From the IMG/VR virus record IMGVR_UViG_3300042197_004918, positions 64,001-128,000 of that record: a stretch of 64,000 bases of DNA. One strand, written 5' to 3'. Below are positions 49,902 through 59,986 of the stretch, one piece after another. Source of the stretch: a virus. The notes beneath the pieces were generated by a model that did no database searches, was not told where the DNA came from, and saw only the letters and a program-made list of their open reading frames with translations. Each line of letters starts with the position of its first letter. The stretch's first letter is position 1. The position numbers and the translations under genes were made by a program.

Positions 49902-50053
49902 TCGAGTGCGACCATTTTCTTAGATACACCGTTGGTGTTATAGGCGTAGTTAATCGTTTCCACATCCTTCTTGGAAAGAAGGTATTCAACGTTATCCACT
50001 CTGTCACCTGTGACTGAATCTACAAGTTTGTATTTTTCGTAGTTTTTTTCCAT
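49898..50053 (-). CDS. small hypothetical protein (51 aa)
   Basis: read manually: MEKNYEKYKLVDSVTG...; ATGA overlap with DHFR. Confidence 0.45.
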   Translation of the reverse strand: MEKNYEKYKLVDSVTGDRVDNVEYLLSKKDVETINYAYNTNGVSKKMVALE

Positions 50054-50056
50054 ATC

Positions 50057-50482
50057 TTATGTAGTTTTAATTGTCATTACTCTATACACCGACTCAAACC
50101 CATTGACGTCAGCAATCTTAATCACCAAATCTTTTTCCGTTGAGAAATAGTGAGTCACAAACTTAAATTTTGAAGACTTATCTTTGAATCCCTTCTCAAG
50201 AGCCTTCTGTAAGAACTCCGTGAACTCTGCTTCAGATAATTCGGTTTTCTTTGCTTTATCTACAGCCGGTTCTTCTGACTCGATACCAGATAAAAACGCA
50301 TCAACCTTCTTGTCGTCGTGAAACACTCTATCTCTTAAAATAGATACTAATGCTTCTCTACTCTCCGACTGGTCAATTTTTTCAAGAGTCGGATCCTTAG
50401 AAATTTCTTTGGTGAGTTTGAGTTTTACTTTGGTTGCGAGGGTTTTCAATTCCATAGAAACATGATAGTAGATTTCTGCCAA
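50057..50482 (-). CDS. hypothetical protein
   Basis: ORF track; start probably 50455. Confidence 0.5.
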   Translation of the reverse strand: MAEIYYHVSMELKTLATKVKLKLTKEISKDPTLEKIDQSESREALVSILRDRVFHDDKKVDAFLSGIESEEPAVDKAKKTELSEAEFTEFLQKALEKGFKDKSSKFKFVTHYFSTEKDLVIKIADVNGFESVYRVMTIKTT

Positions 50483-50502
50483 AAGTCAATTCCGTAATTA
50501 CT

Positions 50503-51105
50503 TCAATCCCAAAGGTTTCTGAAGTATTTTCCGAAAAGTTCAAATCCCTCGTCAACTCTTTTTTCGTGATTGAAAACAGGTGACCAATCAATAGGGCGTT
50601 CATCCGCTGCTTTGAATGTAGTTCCTCTTTCCTCAACCGAAACCACAATTTGACGTTTATCGTATCCGGGTGGATAAATTGGGTCAACGTCATCCCCATG
50701 ATGTTCCATAGACCAGATGATTTTGTCTAAAATAGCTTCCCACTTTTCGTGAGCAGTGGGCGTCACGGTGACATCCTTAATAAAGTCGAAATAAAGCTGC
50801 TGAGTTGCATTCAAGTCGTCAGCCTCAGTGCAAAAATACACAGGATGTCCACTTAGATTGTCTCTAAGCTGTTTAAGTCTCGGTAAAGACCACTTTGAAC
50901 AGTGAGAATAGAAGTCAAAAGACTCTTCGGACGGAAATCCATCACGAATCGACTGCCCCTTTTTTCTAAACCAATATGAAATGTCATTCCACCACCATTT
51001 CGGTGTGTATTGGATCCGTTCCCACCACTTTAGCGGAGTAAAATCAAACCCAAATGCTGAAACATAATCTCCGACTTTTAATTCTTTTCGTTTAGCCATA
51101 ACCAT
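50503..51105 (-). CDS. conserved phage hypothetical protein
   Basis: LPRL..G.P..W..ILDKI..EGFELFGKYFRNLWD. Confidence 0.7.
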   Translation of the reverse strand: MVMAKRKELKVGDYVSAFGFDFTPLKWWERIQYTPKWWWNDISYWFRKKGQSIRDGFPSEESFDFYSHCSKWSLPRLKQLRDNLSGHPVYFCTEADDLNATQQLYFDFIKDVTVTPTAHEKWEAILDKIIWSMEHHGDDVDPIYPPGYDKRQIVVSVEERGTTFKAADERPIDWSPVFNHEKRVDEGFELFGKYFRNLWD

Positions 51106-51110
51106 TTATA

Positions 51111-51410
51111 CTACGACTCATCCTCAATGTCAATACCTTCGTTATAATATGAATATTCACAACACGGATACTCTCTACCAAGTTCATCGGTGTGGACCCA
51201 TACCATGCCTTCTTTTATCCACTTGAACTCCTTTTCTGGAGGATTTTGTCCCACATTTAATCCGTCATAAGTAGCATCCGGGTTCTCCGGCGTAAGTTCT
51301 CGGTTACAGCTACATCCACGAGAAACACAGTTTTCACAAAAATCTCCGTTTCCTGGCATATAAGACCACACAGCCATTTCCTTTGCACACGTATCACACA
51401 GTTTTTTCAT
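51111..51410 (-). CDS. Cys-rich hypothetical protein
   Basis: CDTC, CENCVSRGCSC, PCCE. Confidence 0.6.
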   Translation of the reverse strand: MKKLCDTCAKEMAVWSYMPGNGDFCENCVSRGCSCNRELTPENPDATYDGLNVGQNPPEKEFKWIKEGMVWVHTDELGREYPCCEYSYYNEGIDIEDES

Positions 51411-51411
51411 T

Positions 51412-51906
51412 TTAAGTTAAACGTATGTATTTTATCTCTTCCGACGAAAGCTTTTGTTTAACAGATTCCCAAATTTTTGACTTCTTTTCTTTAAGAGCAT
51501 CTCTCTTCTGTTTTAACGTCAACTTCTTCTGTTCTACGACTGACTTATGTTTGGATACCTCTCTATCAAATTCTTTTTTAAAATCCGCTTCCCATAACCA
51601 TCTAGTAGGAAACGAGTTATCGCAACCGTAAGGTTCTGGTAAAGATGCATAATCCCCACCTACGGTTATTTCCGTCTTATACTCGACTATATCAAAATCT
51701 CCGTCGTGGCCGTCTTCTCCATATCCACAGTTTCCGTAGTCAATCCAACCTTTTTTGTTGATATTCGGAAGCATGACGTTAACAATTTCATAAAATCGGT
51801 CATTTATTTTCGATATTATCTCATCATATCTTTGACAAGTTATCTTTGGATTATACAACGACTCGAAATCTTTTTTTGTTATCGTATTATTCATATGTTT
51901 CTTCAA
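51412..51906 (-). CDS. hypothetical protein
   Basis: ORF track. Confidence 0.55.
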   Translation of the reverse strand: MKKHMNNTITKKDFESLYNPKITCQRYDEIISKINDRFYEIVNVMLPNINKKGWIDYGNCGYGEDGHDGDFDIVEYKTEITVGGDYASLPEPYGCDNSFPTRWLWEADFKKEFDREVSKHKSVVEQKKLTLKQKRDALKEKKSKIWESVKQKLSSEEIKYIRLT

Positions 51907-52264
51907 AGTGAGTGTATCCGGCCTTTTTTAACTTCTCAAGTCCCTCGTTTAAGTCAGCGGTATATTCATAGGTGCTTTCCATAGACTCGTGAAATCCATT
52001 CGGAATAAATCTACCAAAATTCTTCAAACCCGAGTTGTAATAGAAATCTTTGAACTCACCTTTCTTGATTATCCCCAAAATATATTGAGGTGGCCCACCG
52101 TATGCGGCCCTGAGATATTGAACTGCAAGGGTCAATTTTTTAGACTTCGCTTCGGCTTTTATCGAATTGTTACTCAGTGACTCTTCATACTCAGCAACAT
52201 CCTTATGTCGGCGCCTCACTTCGGCAAGCAAATCTCCGATTGGTATTTTTGATAAATCTTTCAT
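51887..52264 (-). CDS. hypothetical protein
   Basis: ORF track. Confidence 0.55.
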   Translation of the reverse strand: MKDLSKIPIGDLLAEVRRRHKDVAEYEESLSNNSIKAEAKSKKLTLAVQYLRAAYGGPPQYILGIIKKGEFKDFYYNSGLKNFGRFIPNGFHESMESTYEYTADLNEGLEKLKKAGYTHFEETYE

Positions 52265-52785
52265 ATTTCGTAAATCTTTCCATCTAACATAGTCTTGACC
52301 CCCAACTTAGCACTCACAACTCTGACTTTGATGTGGGATTCATAAATCATCAAGTCGCTTCTTGCTCCACTAGCCGCCCACTTCTCTCGTGCAGCCTCTA
52401 ATGAAAGCCCATGTTCCCACTCCTCGTGCAAAACTATCTCTGAAATTCCTGATTGGATTATGGCCCGAGTGCAATCGCTACACGGAAGTCCCTGTGTGTA
52501 TAGAGTTGTTCCTAAAGTAGATATACCATTTCTGGCACAGTGGTAGATGCTGTTCCTCTCCGCGTGTTCTGCCCAAAAATACTTTTCGGGTCTTTCGTGT
52601 CGTTCGGGGAAAGTGTCTATAACTCCTCGACAAAATCCGTTATATCCCTCACTTATTACCGCATTGTTTCTTACAATTACCGCACCAATCTTTGTCATCT
52701 TATCCTTGCTTTTTGAAGCAATAAGATATACGTGTCTCAAAAACAATTCATCCCAATTTGGGATTTTCCAATCAGAATGGTCCAC
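52261..52785 (-). CDS. dCMP deaminase
   Basis: WDE.F, SKD..TKIGAVIV, GYNG, HAERN, PCSDC; GGAGGG upstream of GTG 52785. Confidence 0.93.
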   Translation of the reverse strand: MDHSDWKIPNWDELFLRHVYLIASKSKDKMTKIGAVIVRNNAVISEGYNGFCRGVIDTFPERHERPEKYFWAEHAERNSIYHCARNGISTLGTTLYTQGLPCSDCTRAIIQSGISEIVLHEEWEHGLSLEAAREKWAASGARSDLMIYESHIKVRVVSAKLGVKTMLDGKIYEI

Positions 52786-52984
52786 TATATCCCTCCATAA
52801 TGTCCTGTCCAGCATGAAACGTCTCCCACCATTCTGAATATTGTTGAACTTGATTCTCGTGGATAAGGTCATTCAAAGCACATTTTAAAGCCTCTACGTT
52901 GGCTACATCTTCGGTTGTGAATCCATGACTATCCACGAGGTCAATGATTTCTTCGACGAGCTGATATGGTGATTTCTCTGTCAT
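52772..52984 (-). CDS. hypothetical protein
   Basis: ORF track. Confidence 0.5.
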   Translation of the reverse strand: MTEKSPYQLVEEIIDLVDSHGFTTEDVANVEALKCALNDLIHENQVQQYSEWWETFHAGQDIMEGYSGPF

Positions 52985-53014
52985 AAAGGTATCTTACATC
53001 CGAACAATGCTCGG

Positions 53015-53677
53015 TCAACTTTTTTCATTAACATGGTGGTCAACTTCTTTGATTTTTTTCTTGGACATTACACTCTTAATGTCATCGAAGGAATATGGTC
53101 CGAGATTTCCATCCCATCCGATGTCCAGTATCAACCCTTCCTTAGCGTCTGCCCTGGTAGCAGGAAAGCTATAGTGACTGTGTCCACAAAGCATGAATGC
53201 ACCTTCCTTCATAAAGTTCCACACAGAAAGAGGGTAGTGCATCATAATCAAAATCTGTCCATCAAGAAGAAGTTCTTGATAGTCTCCAAGAAAAATTACG
53301 TTCTTATAACGAAACGGCGTGACCTTAATATCCTCTCCATACTTCGCGAAAACTTCCCTCCGATAGACAGATTCCACCGGATTGTTATGGTTCCCCCACA
53401 ACATATAGATGTTCTGGCAATTAATCCGTGAAAGATACCCCTCAAATTGAGACTCTTTTGTGTTTAAACAAAAATCTCCGATGAAGAACAACTTATCTTC
53501 TGGCTTAACCTTCTCGTTCAGTGTTGAGATGATATAATCTGTGCATTCATCTACGTTTTTGTGACCCCTCTTCTCCCAAACAAACGGTTTGTTATGTCCG
53601 AGGTGAAAGTCGCTACTAAACCAGACCTTAGAATTTTCTTCGGTCTTCATCTTCATCATGTGTGATATGTTTGACAT
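53015..53677 (-). CDS. calcineurin-like metallophosphoesterase
   Basis: SDFHLGH, GDF, GNH, HYP, GHSH, DIGWD. Confidence 0.9.
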   Translation of the reverse strand: MSNISHMMKMKTEENSKVWFSSDFHLGHNKPFVWEKRGHKNVDECTDYIISTLNEKVKPEDKLFFIGDFCLNTKESQFEGYLSRINCQNIYMLWGNHNNPVESVYRREVFAKYGEDIKVTPFRYKNVIFLGDYQELLLDGQILIMMHYPLSVWNFMKEGAFMLCGHSHYSFPATRADAKEGLILDIGWDGNLGPYSFDDIKSVMSKKKIKEVDHHVNEKS

Positions 53678-53687
53678 TGTTTCTTCT

Positions 53688-53716
53688 AATGTAACACTCC
53701 GTTTGTAAATAGTCAA
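53688..53716 (-). promoter_or_regulatory. sigma70-like promoter heading the minus-strand accessory block
   Basis: TTGACT-17nt-TACATT. Confidence 0.5.
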
Positions 53717-53761
53717 CGATATTAAATCGACAATCTTTCAGTGAATGTGTAATGTGTTGAT

Positions 53762-54199
53762 ATGGATACAGTCCCACCACCAAGTTTTGTAAAAAACCGA
53801 TACAAACCGGTTACTCAACGATTTGATGGGTCGTTTCATAAATTTGGGCCAGAGATGACTAAGCTGTTATCCGCCTATCCGTCGGAAAATCCTATTTGGT
53901 ATGTGATTGGAGAAGAATTCATAACCTCATACAAGTTAGTTAGAAGCGACGCACAACTTCTCGACCCCTGGAATCGTCCGTTTCCTGATGAAATGATTTC
54001 TAAGATGGTCACAGTGGAACTTCCCGAAAAACACGTAAAAATTCCAACCACTGTCAGTGGAACACTGTATATGTGCAATGTTTATGTGCGGGATTTAAAT
54101 CAATTGGAGATCGACTGTAACGATTGTATAGGCAGAAACGAGTGTATAGAATGTAATAAAACTCGTCGGAAAATTGTCGTATTTCCAAAAATGAATTGA
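53762..54199 (+). CDS. hypothetical protein with a C-terminal Zn finger
   Basis: CNDC....CIEC. Confidence 0.55.
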   Translation: MDTVPPPSFVKNRYKPVTQRFDGSFHKFGPEMTKLLSAYPSENPIWYVIGEEFITSYKLVRSDAQLLDPWNRPFPDEMISKMVTVELPEKHVKIPTTVSGTLYMCNVYVRDLNQLEIDCNDCIGRNECIECNKTRRKIVVFPKMN

Positions 54200-54211
54200 A
54201 TATTTATTGGC

Positions 54212-54586
54212 ATGAACGAACTTTTGAAGAGTATCTTTATCGTGTCGATTTCCGTGGCATTATCAATGCAATGGTGTCATTCTCATTTTGATAAACGGCT
54301 GCCACCAGCTAGAACTGACTCGCCAGCGCCAAAAAACATCCCTGCGTCAAAAATGATGACAGTGACAAACTACCTTACCATCACGAATTACGTCACGGTA
54401 ACGAATATCGTCGAAAGTGTGCCAGCGGAGAAGAAATCAATCCTTTCTCCAGGAATACCGCTTCAGCAAGACACCCAATCGGTTTCATCCGTTGACATTC
54501 AACCACCGATTGAAAACGAAACTCGTCTCCGTAAGATAGCCAAAGAGTTGACAGACATCTTAGATGAGGTTAAGATAAAGAAATGA
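54212..54586 (+). CDS. membrane-anchored hypothetical protein
   Basis: N-terminal TM; TVTNY-like repeat x3. Confidence 0.55.
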   Translation: MNELLKSIFIVSISVALSMQWCHSHFDKRLPPARTDSPAPKNIPASKMMTVTNYLTITNYVTVTNIVESVPAEKKSILSPGIPLQQDTQSVSSVDIQPPIENETRLRKIAKELTDILDEVKIKK

Positions 54587-55602
54587 TAAAGTTAAAACCT
54601 ATCGCGGAATCTATTATTAAGGAGGGAGGAAAGCTCTTTGGAGCCAGAGCTCAACGTGTTTCCACGGCTGAAATGAACGCGGTTTTCAATGAAATTCAAC
54701 AGGTCCTAAAACCCAACTTTCAGAGAATGGAACTTTCCCGTGCGCTGAAGACAAAAGCAGACCACGGTGACATCGACATCGTGATTTTAAATCGAGACAA
54801 ACTACTGATGATGGACGTTCTAAAGAAAGCGTTCGGAGACAGAATAGAAGACCTCAGTAGAAATGGAAACATATACAGCATCCTTTATAGATCTCCAGCA
54901 ATAGGAAAAACCGTCCACATTGATTTTCTGACCGCAGCCTCACCGGAGGCTTTCGATTCACAATGGGAATATCTAAGCTATAACGATTTCAGCGGAATCT
55001 TAGGAGTCTTCGCTCGTAGAATGAAGTTCATTTACGGGACACATGGTTTTTTTAAAATCTACATAGACAAAAAAGGAACGCACCATCACGTTTTTATAAC
55101 AAATGATTTGAGAAAGGGGCTCAAGATATTGGGTTACACTGATATTAAGAAATATGACGACATAAGTTCGGTGGATGACATAGTTTCCTTCATAATAGAC
55201 TCTCCGCTGTTCGCCAGCGAGGATTATGTGGGTCAAACCATGAATCACAGTGATAGAAAGAGAGTCCGTTCGGGTAGACCAACGGCCGATTACATCCGTA
55301 ATAAGTTGATTTCTCTTAACATCCCTCGGAAGATAACCGACGAAGACTACTTCTTCAAGAAGCTTTATCCCGATGATTATACCAAATATTTAAAGAAGTG
55401 TGAGGAGATAGAATCGACCGTCATACCAAAGAGTAAATATAACGGAGGATGGTTGATGGCTAATTTTCCAGAAATAAAGCCCGGTCCGTTTGTAGGGAAG
55501 GTTATTAAATTCTGGTTCGACACCTTTGGGGATAAACTGGATGATGTGGATGAAAGTGAACTTAAAAGAATTACGGCTGAATTCTTGAAGAAGAATACGT
55601 GA
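54583..55602 (+). CDS. Pol-beta-superfamily nucleotidyltransferase
   Basis: KADHGDIDIVI, HIDF; C-terminal 'NGGWLM...KPGPFVG' like the tail of CCA/poly(A) polymerases. Confidence 0.7.
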   Translation: MIKLKPIAESIIKEGGKLFGARAQRVSTAEMNAVFNEIQQVLKPNFQRMELSRALKTKADHGDIDIVILNRDKLLMMDVLKKAFGDRIEDLSRNGNIYSILYRSPAIGKTVHIDFLTAASPEAFDSQWEYLSYNDFSGILGVFARRMKFIYGTHGFFKIYIDKKGTHHHVFITNDLRKGLKILGYTDIKKYDDISSVDDIVSFIIDSPLFASEDYVGQTMNHSDRKRVRSGRPTADYIRNKLISLNIPRKITDEDYFFKKLYPDDYTKYLKKCEEIESTVIPKSKYNGGWLMANFPEIKPGPFVGKVIKFWFDTFGDKLDDVDESELKRITAEFLKKNT

Positions 55603-55654
55603 ATAAATAACGTCGGCAATCCGTGGTAGACTATATTTATAGGGAGATATAGAT

Positions 55655-58333
55655 ATGGCAAACGTAAAAATCTCCAATTTATCCGCCACCTGGACATCCT
55701 CAGCTGAGCTGACGGCTATTAAGATGGACGTGACCGACACGGCTTCGTCAGGTTCAAGCAAACTCATGGACCTACAGTTAGGTTCGGTGAGCAAGTTTTC
55801 CGTCAGAAAAGACAGCGTAGTTACTGCTACATCATTTGTCGGTGGTCATACCGGGTCATTAGTAGGAACCTCCAGTTTTGCGGTAAGTTCAAGCACCGCT
55901 CAGTATAGTTCGACTGCGAGCTATGCTTCATCGGGCATCAGTGCGAGTTTTGCACAACAAAGCAATCAATCAGTGACGTCAAGCCACTCTGTAAGTGGTC
56001 TTAGCTCAAGTTATTCTTCATATAGTGGTCAGAGTAATACTTCGTTGAGTTCAAGTCAATCCAACTGGTCAAACACCGCAAGTTATGCTCTGAATGCGGG
56101 CAGCAGCGCAGGAACAACTTTGAACAGCGGTAGCTCCTATAATATCACAGCATCTTGGTCAGTTTCATCGAGTTATGCGTTAAATTCTTCGGTAGGAACT
56201 ACACTTGAAAGCGGAAGTTCTTACAATATAACCTCGTCGAGATCGATTTCTGCAAGCTTCGCTCACTCCGCTAGTTCGGCTATGACAGCAAGTTTTGCTT
56301 TAAGTGCAATTGCATCTCTTTCTTCGGGGAGTTCTTACAATATAACTGCCAGCCGTGCGGTCACTGCGAGTTATGTTCTGTCTTCCAGTTATGCTATCAC
56401 AGCAAGCTTCGCTGAACGGTATGCACCATACTGGCCTTCAAATGTAGAAATTTCTGGTGCCGGCCTAACTCCATCACTTAACAATGTGGTGAATTATGTG
56501 GCAACAAGTGGGTCATTTAGTTTATTCGCGAGTGCTCTAGGGAACACCCCTCAGTATTTTAAATGGTATATCAACTCCTCTTCATTATTACAACAGGGAA
56601 CAGCGAGTGCATACAATGTCACTTCTTCTATGAAGAATCCCAACAGCGGCATTTATACGTGCCAGGTGACCAACAGTTATGGCTCAGCGACTTCACAAAA
56701 CTTTCAAGTTCAAGTCCTCGATCCTGTGGAGTTAGTGTCAGAAACTGCTCCAACTCCAACTCCCTCGGTCAACTCAATGGTCTATTTCATCGTGAGTGCG
56801 ACTGGAGACCTTATCCGTTACAGGTGGAAGAAACGTGGAACAACGCCGGCTTTAGACACCTATGTTGTAGACGGTGTGCCTAGTATTCTTAATGAGGGTT
56901 ATGCATCTTCAACGTTAACCATCCAAGCCATAAGTCCAGAATCCGAGGGGTCTTATTTCTGTGAAATATCAAACAGCGTCAGTAACACATCTTCCTCAAA
57001 TATGTTGATTTATGTTACAGCACCTACAATCGTGACACAACCGGAAGATTTGGATACATTTGGAATGGCCACGGTATTGGCAACCGGCTCGGCCATCAGT
57101 TATTCGTGGCAATATAATGGCATTGATATAGTCGAACAGACCGCAGCGACTTTGAATTTATCCACTGCTGTCAACGCTAATTATTTTACTCAGCCGATGA
57201 TGGATCAATTATACTCCTTACGGTGTAAGGTCTATAACGGAGTCGGATACAACCTTAGCGATTCTATTCAAGTCAAACCGTTTAAGAAGGCCGGTGTCGC
57301 ACTATCAGGTCACGCTGGGTCTGCCACGAGAACCGATCACTTTGTCGTCGCAATAGATGCTGCCTCTCAAATCATAGCCCCAGTGGGAACAACGTATGCA
57401 GTCGTTAAAAACAACGTTAACGTGGGTTCCGATGTCACTGCTTTGGGAGAGTCTACGCCAAAACTTACTCTCCATAACGTCCAATCGTCGGACGCGGGAA
57501 CATATGCTGTAAGTGCCAGTTTCAATGGACTTAGTGTTACAAGTGACGCGATATCTCTGACCATTGCCGAGAATGCTAGTTATCATAACGCGTTTCCTTT
57601 GATCAGGTATGTTTTTGACGATGAAACTCATACATTAGTCGCGGACTATGGAATGTCGCTTGGAACCACATATAACGGCCCCAACGGCACACCTCCAGGA
57701 ACTTATTACATAGGTCGCGCCATCCGCCAGTCTCAGAACTTCACTGCATACGACCAGGCCGATTTGAATGGAAGTGTTTCATGTCCCGATCACGCGCCGT
57801 TTCCGACCACGTTGGGTTTTCCAACTTCCACGGTCACAATTACTGGCCGAAACATATCCGGCTCGTCTTCCTCGGGTTCTACAAGCATATTTTACCAATA
57901 CGCTTACTCATACACGTTCGCCTCTTGCCCAACCAACTCTGTTAGCACTCCTAATCCGTGGCCGTGCGTCCACCCTGACACGTTGGCAGACACCTGCTCG
58001 GGTGGACAAACAGCCACGTCGGCTGCCAATCTAATGACCGTCACCGTAATGAGTTTTGGTAATCTTGGAATTACCGTCCATCCGACTGGTAGCCAGTCAA
58101 AAGCCACCGGAAGCGCCGTGGTGCTTAGAACCGTCGGAACTGCCGGTGGCGCAGACCTACACTACAGATGGTATAGGAACGGTGTAAGAATCCCTGACTC
58201 TGATTCAAGCCTCTATTCTATATCCAGCGTTGCACTGAGCGACTCGGGCTCTTATTATTGTATTGTCGGTGCTAAATCCACACTGTCTTATAGAACGATG
58301 CAGTCGTCTGCATCTATACTTAACGTGGTGTAA
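55655..58333 (+). CDS. Ig-like-domain virion decoration/fibre protein
   Basis: KISNL start; xASYA repeats; about 5 I-set-like units (W..N...SG.Y.C.V.N); TATTTATA at 55634. Confidence 0.8.
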   Translation: MANVKISNLSATWTSSAELTAIKMDVTDTASSGSSKLMDLQLGSVSKFSVRKDSVVTATSFVGGHTGSLVGTSSFAVSSSTAQYSSTASYASSGISASFAQQSNQSVTSSHSVSGLSSSYSSYSGQSNTSLSSSQSNWSNTASYALNAGSSAGTTLNSGSSYNITASWSVSSSYALNSSVGTTLESGSSYNITSSRSISASFAHSASSAMTASFALSAIASLSSGSSYNITASRAVTASYVLSSSYAITASFAERYAPYWPSNVEISGAGLTPSLNNVVNYVATSGSFSLFASALGNTPQYFKWYINSSSLLQQGTASAYNVTSSMKNPNSGIYTCQVTNSYGSATSQNFQVQVLDPVELVSETAPTPTPSVNSMVYFIVSATGDLIRYRWKKRGTTPALDTYVVDGVPSILNEGYASSTLTIQAISPESEGSYFCEISNSVSNTSSSNMLIYVTAPTIVTQPEDLDTFGMATVLATGSAISYSWQYNGIDIVEQTAATLNLSTAVNANYFTQPMMDQLYSLRCKVYNGVGYNLSDSIQVKPFKKAGVALSGHAGSATRTDHFVVAIDAASQIIAPVGTTYAVVKNNVNVGSDVTALGESTPKLTLHNVQSSDAGTYAVSASFNGLSVTSDAISLTIAENASYHNAFPLIRYVFDDETHTLVADYGMSLGTTYNGPNGTPPGTYYIGRAIRQSQNFTAYDQADLNGSVSCPDHAPFPTTLGFPTSTVTITGRNISGSSSSGSTSIFYQYAYSYTFASCPTNSVSTPNPWPCVHPDTLADTCSGGQTATSAANLMTVTVMSFGNLGITVHPTGSQSKATGSAVVLRTVGTAGGADLHYRWYRNGVRIPDSDSSLYSISSVALSDSGSYYCIVGAKSTLSYRTMQSSASILNVV

Positions 58334-58365
58334 TTTTATAAAGTCCGTTCAACTATATATTGAAT

Positions 58366-58536
58366 ATGAGATATTTCACAGGCATGGTACCACTCCAACC
58401 AATCGGAGGACTCGTCACAAACAACCCAGCTACGACCGTTCAGGAACAAGCTGATAAACAGAAGCAAGAAGCGGCCATCAAAGAGGCCATGAGGCAGACA
58501 CAGTTGGAAAAGGAAGAGAAGAAGAAAGCCAGATAA
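58366..58536 (+). CDS. small hypothetical protein (56 aa)
   Basis: read manually: MRYFTGMVPLQPIGGL... Confidence 0.45.
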   Translation: MRYFTGMVPLQPIGGLVTNNPATTVQEQADKQKQEAAIKEAMRQTQLEKEEKKKAR

Positions 58537-58541
58537 AGCGT

Positions 58542-59051
58542 ATGGACGAAGATGTGAGAGAATACGGTTGTTTAATGGCGTATATCGAACCGGCTTCTGC
58601 GAATAAAGTGGTGGAGCTTGGAAAAAAGATTATACCTCAATCAATTCTCTACGAGGTTCCTGGTGAAGAATATGGTAGAGAGACAGAACCTCACGTCACC
58701 ATAAAGTATGGTTTCACCCGAGATTTGACCGACGAAGAAGTAAAGAAAATCATCGGAAAAACAAAATCATTCTCCGTAGTCGCTGAAGGCCTAAGCACGT
58801 TTGATGGTAAAGAATTTCAAGTTGTAAAATTTGATATTCGCAGGGATGGGGTATTGTTATCCATGCGTAAGCTATGTGACGCATTTCCAAATAAAGACTC
58901 GCACCCCGACTTCCATCCTCACATGACATTGGCATACACAAAGCTAAAGTCATTCCCACACAAAAAGACCGGTCTATCTCTATCCTTTCGAGTAAACAAA
59001 TTTGTCTACTCTCCTATAACTGGAAAAAAGAGAGACTATAACCTATCTTAA
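58542..59051 (+). CDS. 2H phosphoesterase, Acb1/T4 gp57B-like
   Basis: two HxT motifs: EPHVTIKYG and FHPHMTLAY. Confidence 0.8.
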   Translation: MDEDVREYGCLMAYIEPASANKVVELGKKIIPQSILYEVPGEEYGRETEPHVTIKYGFTRDLTDEEVKKIIGKTKSFSVVAEGLSTFDGKEFQVVKFDIRRDGVLLSMRKLCDAFPNKDSHPDFHPHMTLAYTKLKSFPHKKTGLSLSFRVNKFVYSPITGKKRDYNLS

Positions 59052-59053
59052 TG

Positions 59054-59077
59054 TGATGCCCAAATATATGGGCATCA
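59054..59077. terminator. hairpin after the 2H gene
   Basis: TGATGCCCA-ATATA-TGGGCATCA-type inverted repeat; no clear U-tract. Confidence 0.4.
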
Positions 59078-59127
59078 ATGAGATAAAAACTTTACTTTAA
59101 GCAGGCATGAGTTAGTATTTATTCAAA

Positions 59128-59679
59128 ATGAGTAACGATACCACAAAGTTTTATGTAGAGAGTGGGAACTGGAGAGGTTGCATCTCTTTGCCGGTGAAGA
59201 GGTCTGAGGTATCTAACTATGATTATATTGAAGCTGCCACCAGAGCAATGGAAGCGGTGTTCGATGAACGAAAAGAGATAGGCAAAGAGTTTGAAATTAT
59301 AAGTCTGCTCGATAAATCAGGAAAAGATTACTTCGACTCAGAGTTCACCGGACAGTTGAGTGATGTTCCTGAATGTCTCTTCGGATTGCTTACTGCCTGC
59401 TTCCTTGAAAAAGATGTAAACAATCAGGAAAATTGGTGGTATTTCCTATCAAGTAAGATTTTCGCCAATGCTGGACAACATAGAAACGTTTCCCTTGCTA
59501 CTGCGGTAGAGAAACAGTATTCCAAAGAGGTAAATGAGTTTAAAGCCAGAGAGGAAGAGCTCATAGATTTAGACAAGCGGGGAGAAATGGATGCCCGGAT
59601 AGCGGAAGCGAAAAAGAAGATGAAGAAAAAATCTCCTCCCAAAAAGGACTCCGGAAATGAATCTGATAATCAGTTGTGA
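59128..59679 (+). CDS. hypothetical protein, paralog of 15706-16008
   Basis: YIEAATRAME; SKIFANAG.H. Confidence 0.6.
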   Translation: MSNDTTKFYVESGNWRGCISLPVKRSEVSNYDYIEAATRAMEAVFDERKEIGKEFEIISLLDKSGKDYFDSEFTGQLSDVPECLFGLLTACFLEKDVNNQENWWYFLSSKIFANAGQHRNVSLATAVEKQYSKEVNEFKAREEELIDLDKRGEMDARIAEAKKKMKKKSPPKKDSGNESDNQL

Positions 59680-59950
59680 ATTGACTGCCCCTCCCAGTGA
59701 GATTGGAGCCTTCCGAAATCTCACTCTTTATGCGACGATTTTCAAAAAAATGGATTGTCTCATAGAAGCCGAACCAGATGAAGTTGATTTTTACTACAAC
59801 TGGCTGAAACGAAATTATGCCTACGATTTCGTCAAACAGTTTGTGAAGAAACGTGAAGTCACGGGAATAAGATTGAATTACGATAGAATCCAACGTCTCA
59901 CATTCAACAACTTAAATGATATGATATTCGTAGTGAGTATGGCAAAATGA
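59657..59950 (+). CDS. hypothetical protein
   Basis: ORF track. Confidence 0.55.
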   Translation: MNLIISCELTAPPSEIGAFRNLTLYATIFKKMDCLIEAEPDEVDFYYNWLKRNYAYDFVKQFVKKREVTGIRLNYDRIQRLTFNNLNDMIFVVSMAK

Positions 59951-59951
59951 C

Positions 59952-59980
59952 TTGACAAAAAAACGGACTGTTTGTATATT
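59952..59980 (+). promoter_or_regulatory. sigma70-like promoter
   Basis: TTGACA-17nt-TATATT. Confidence 0.65.
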
Positions 59981-59986
59981 GCTGTA

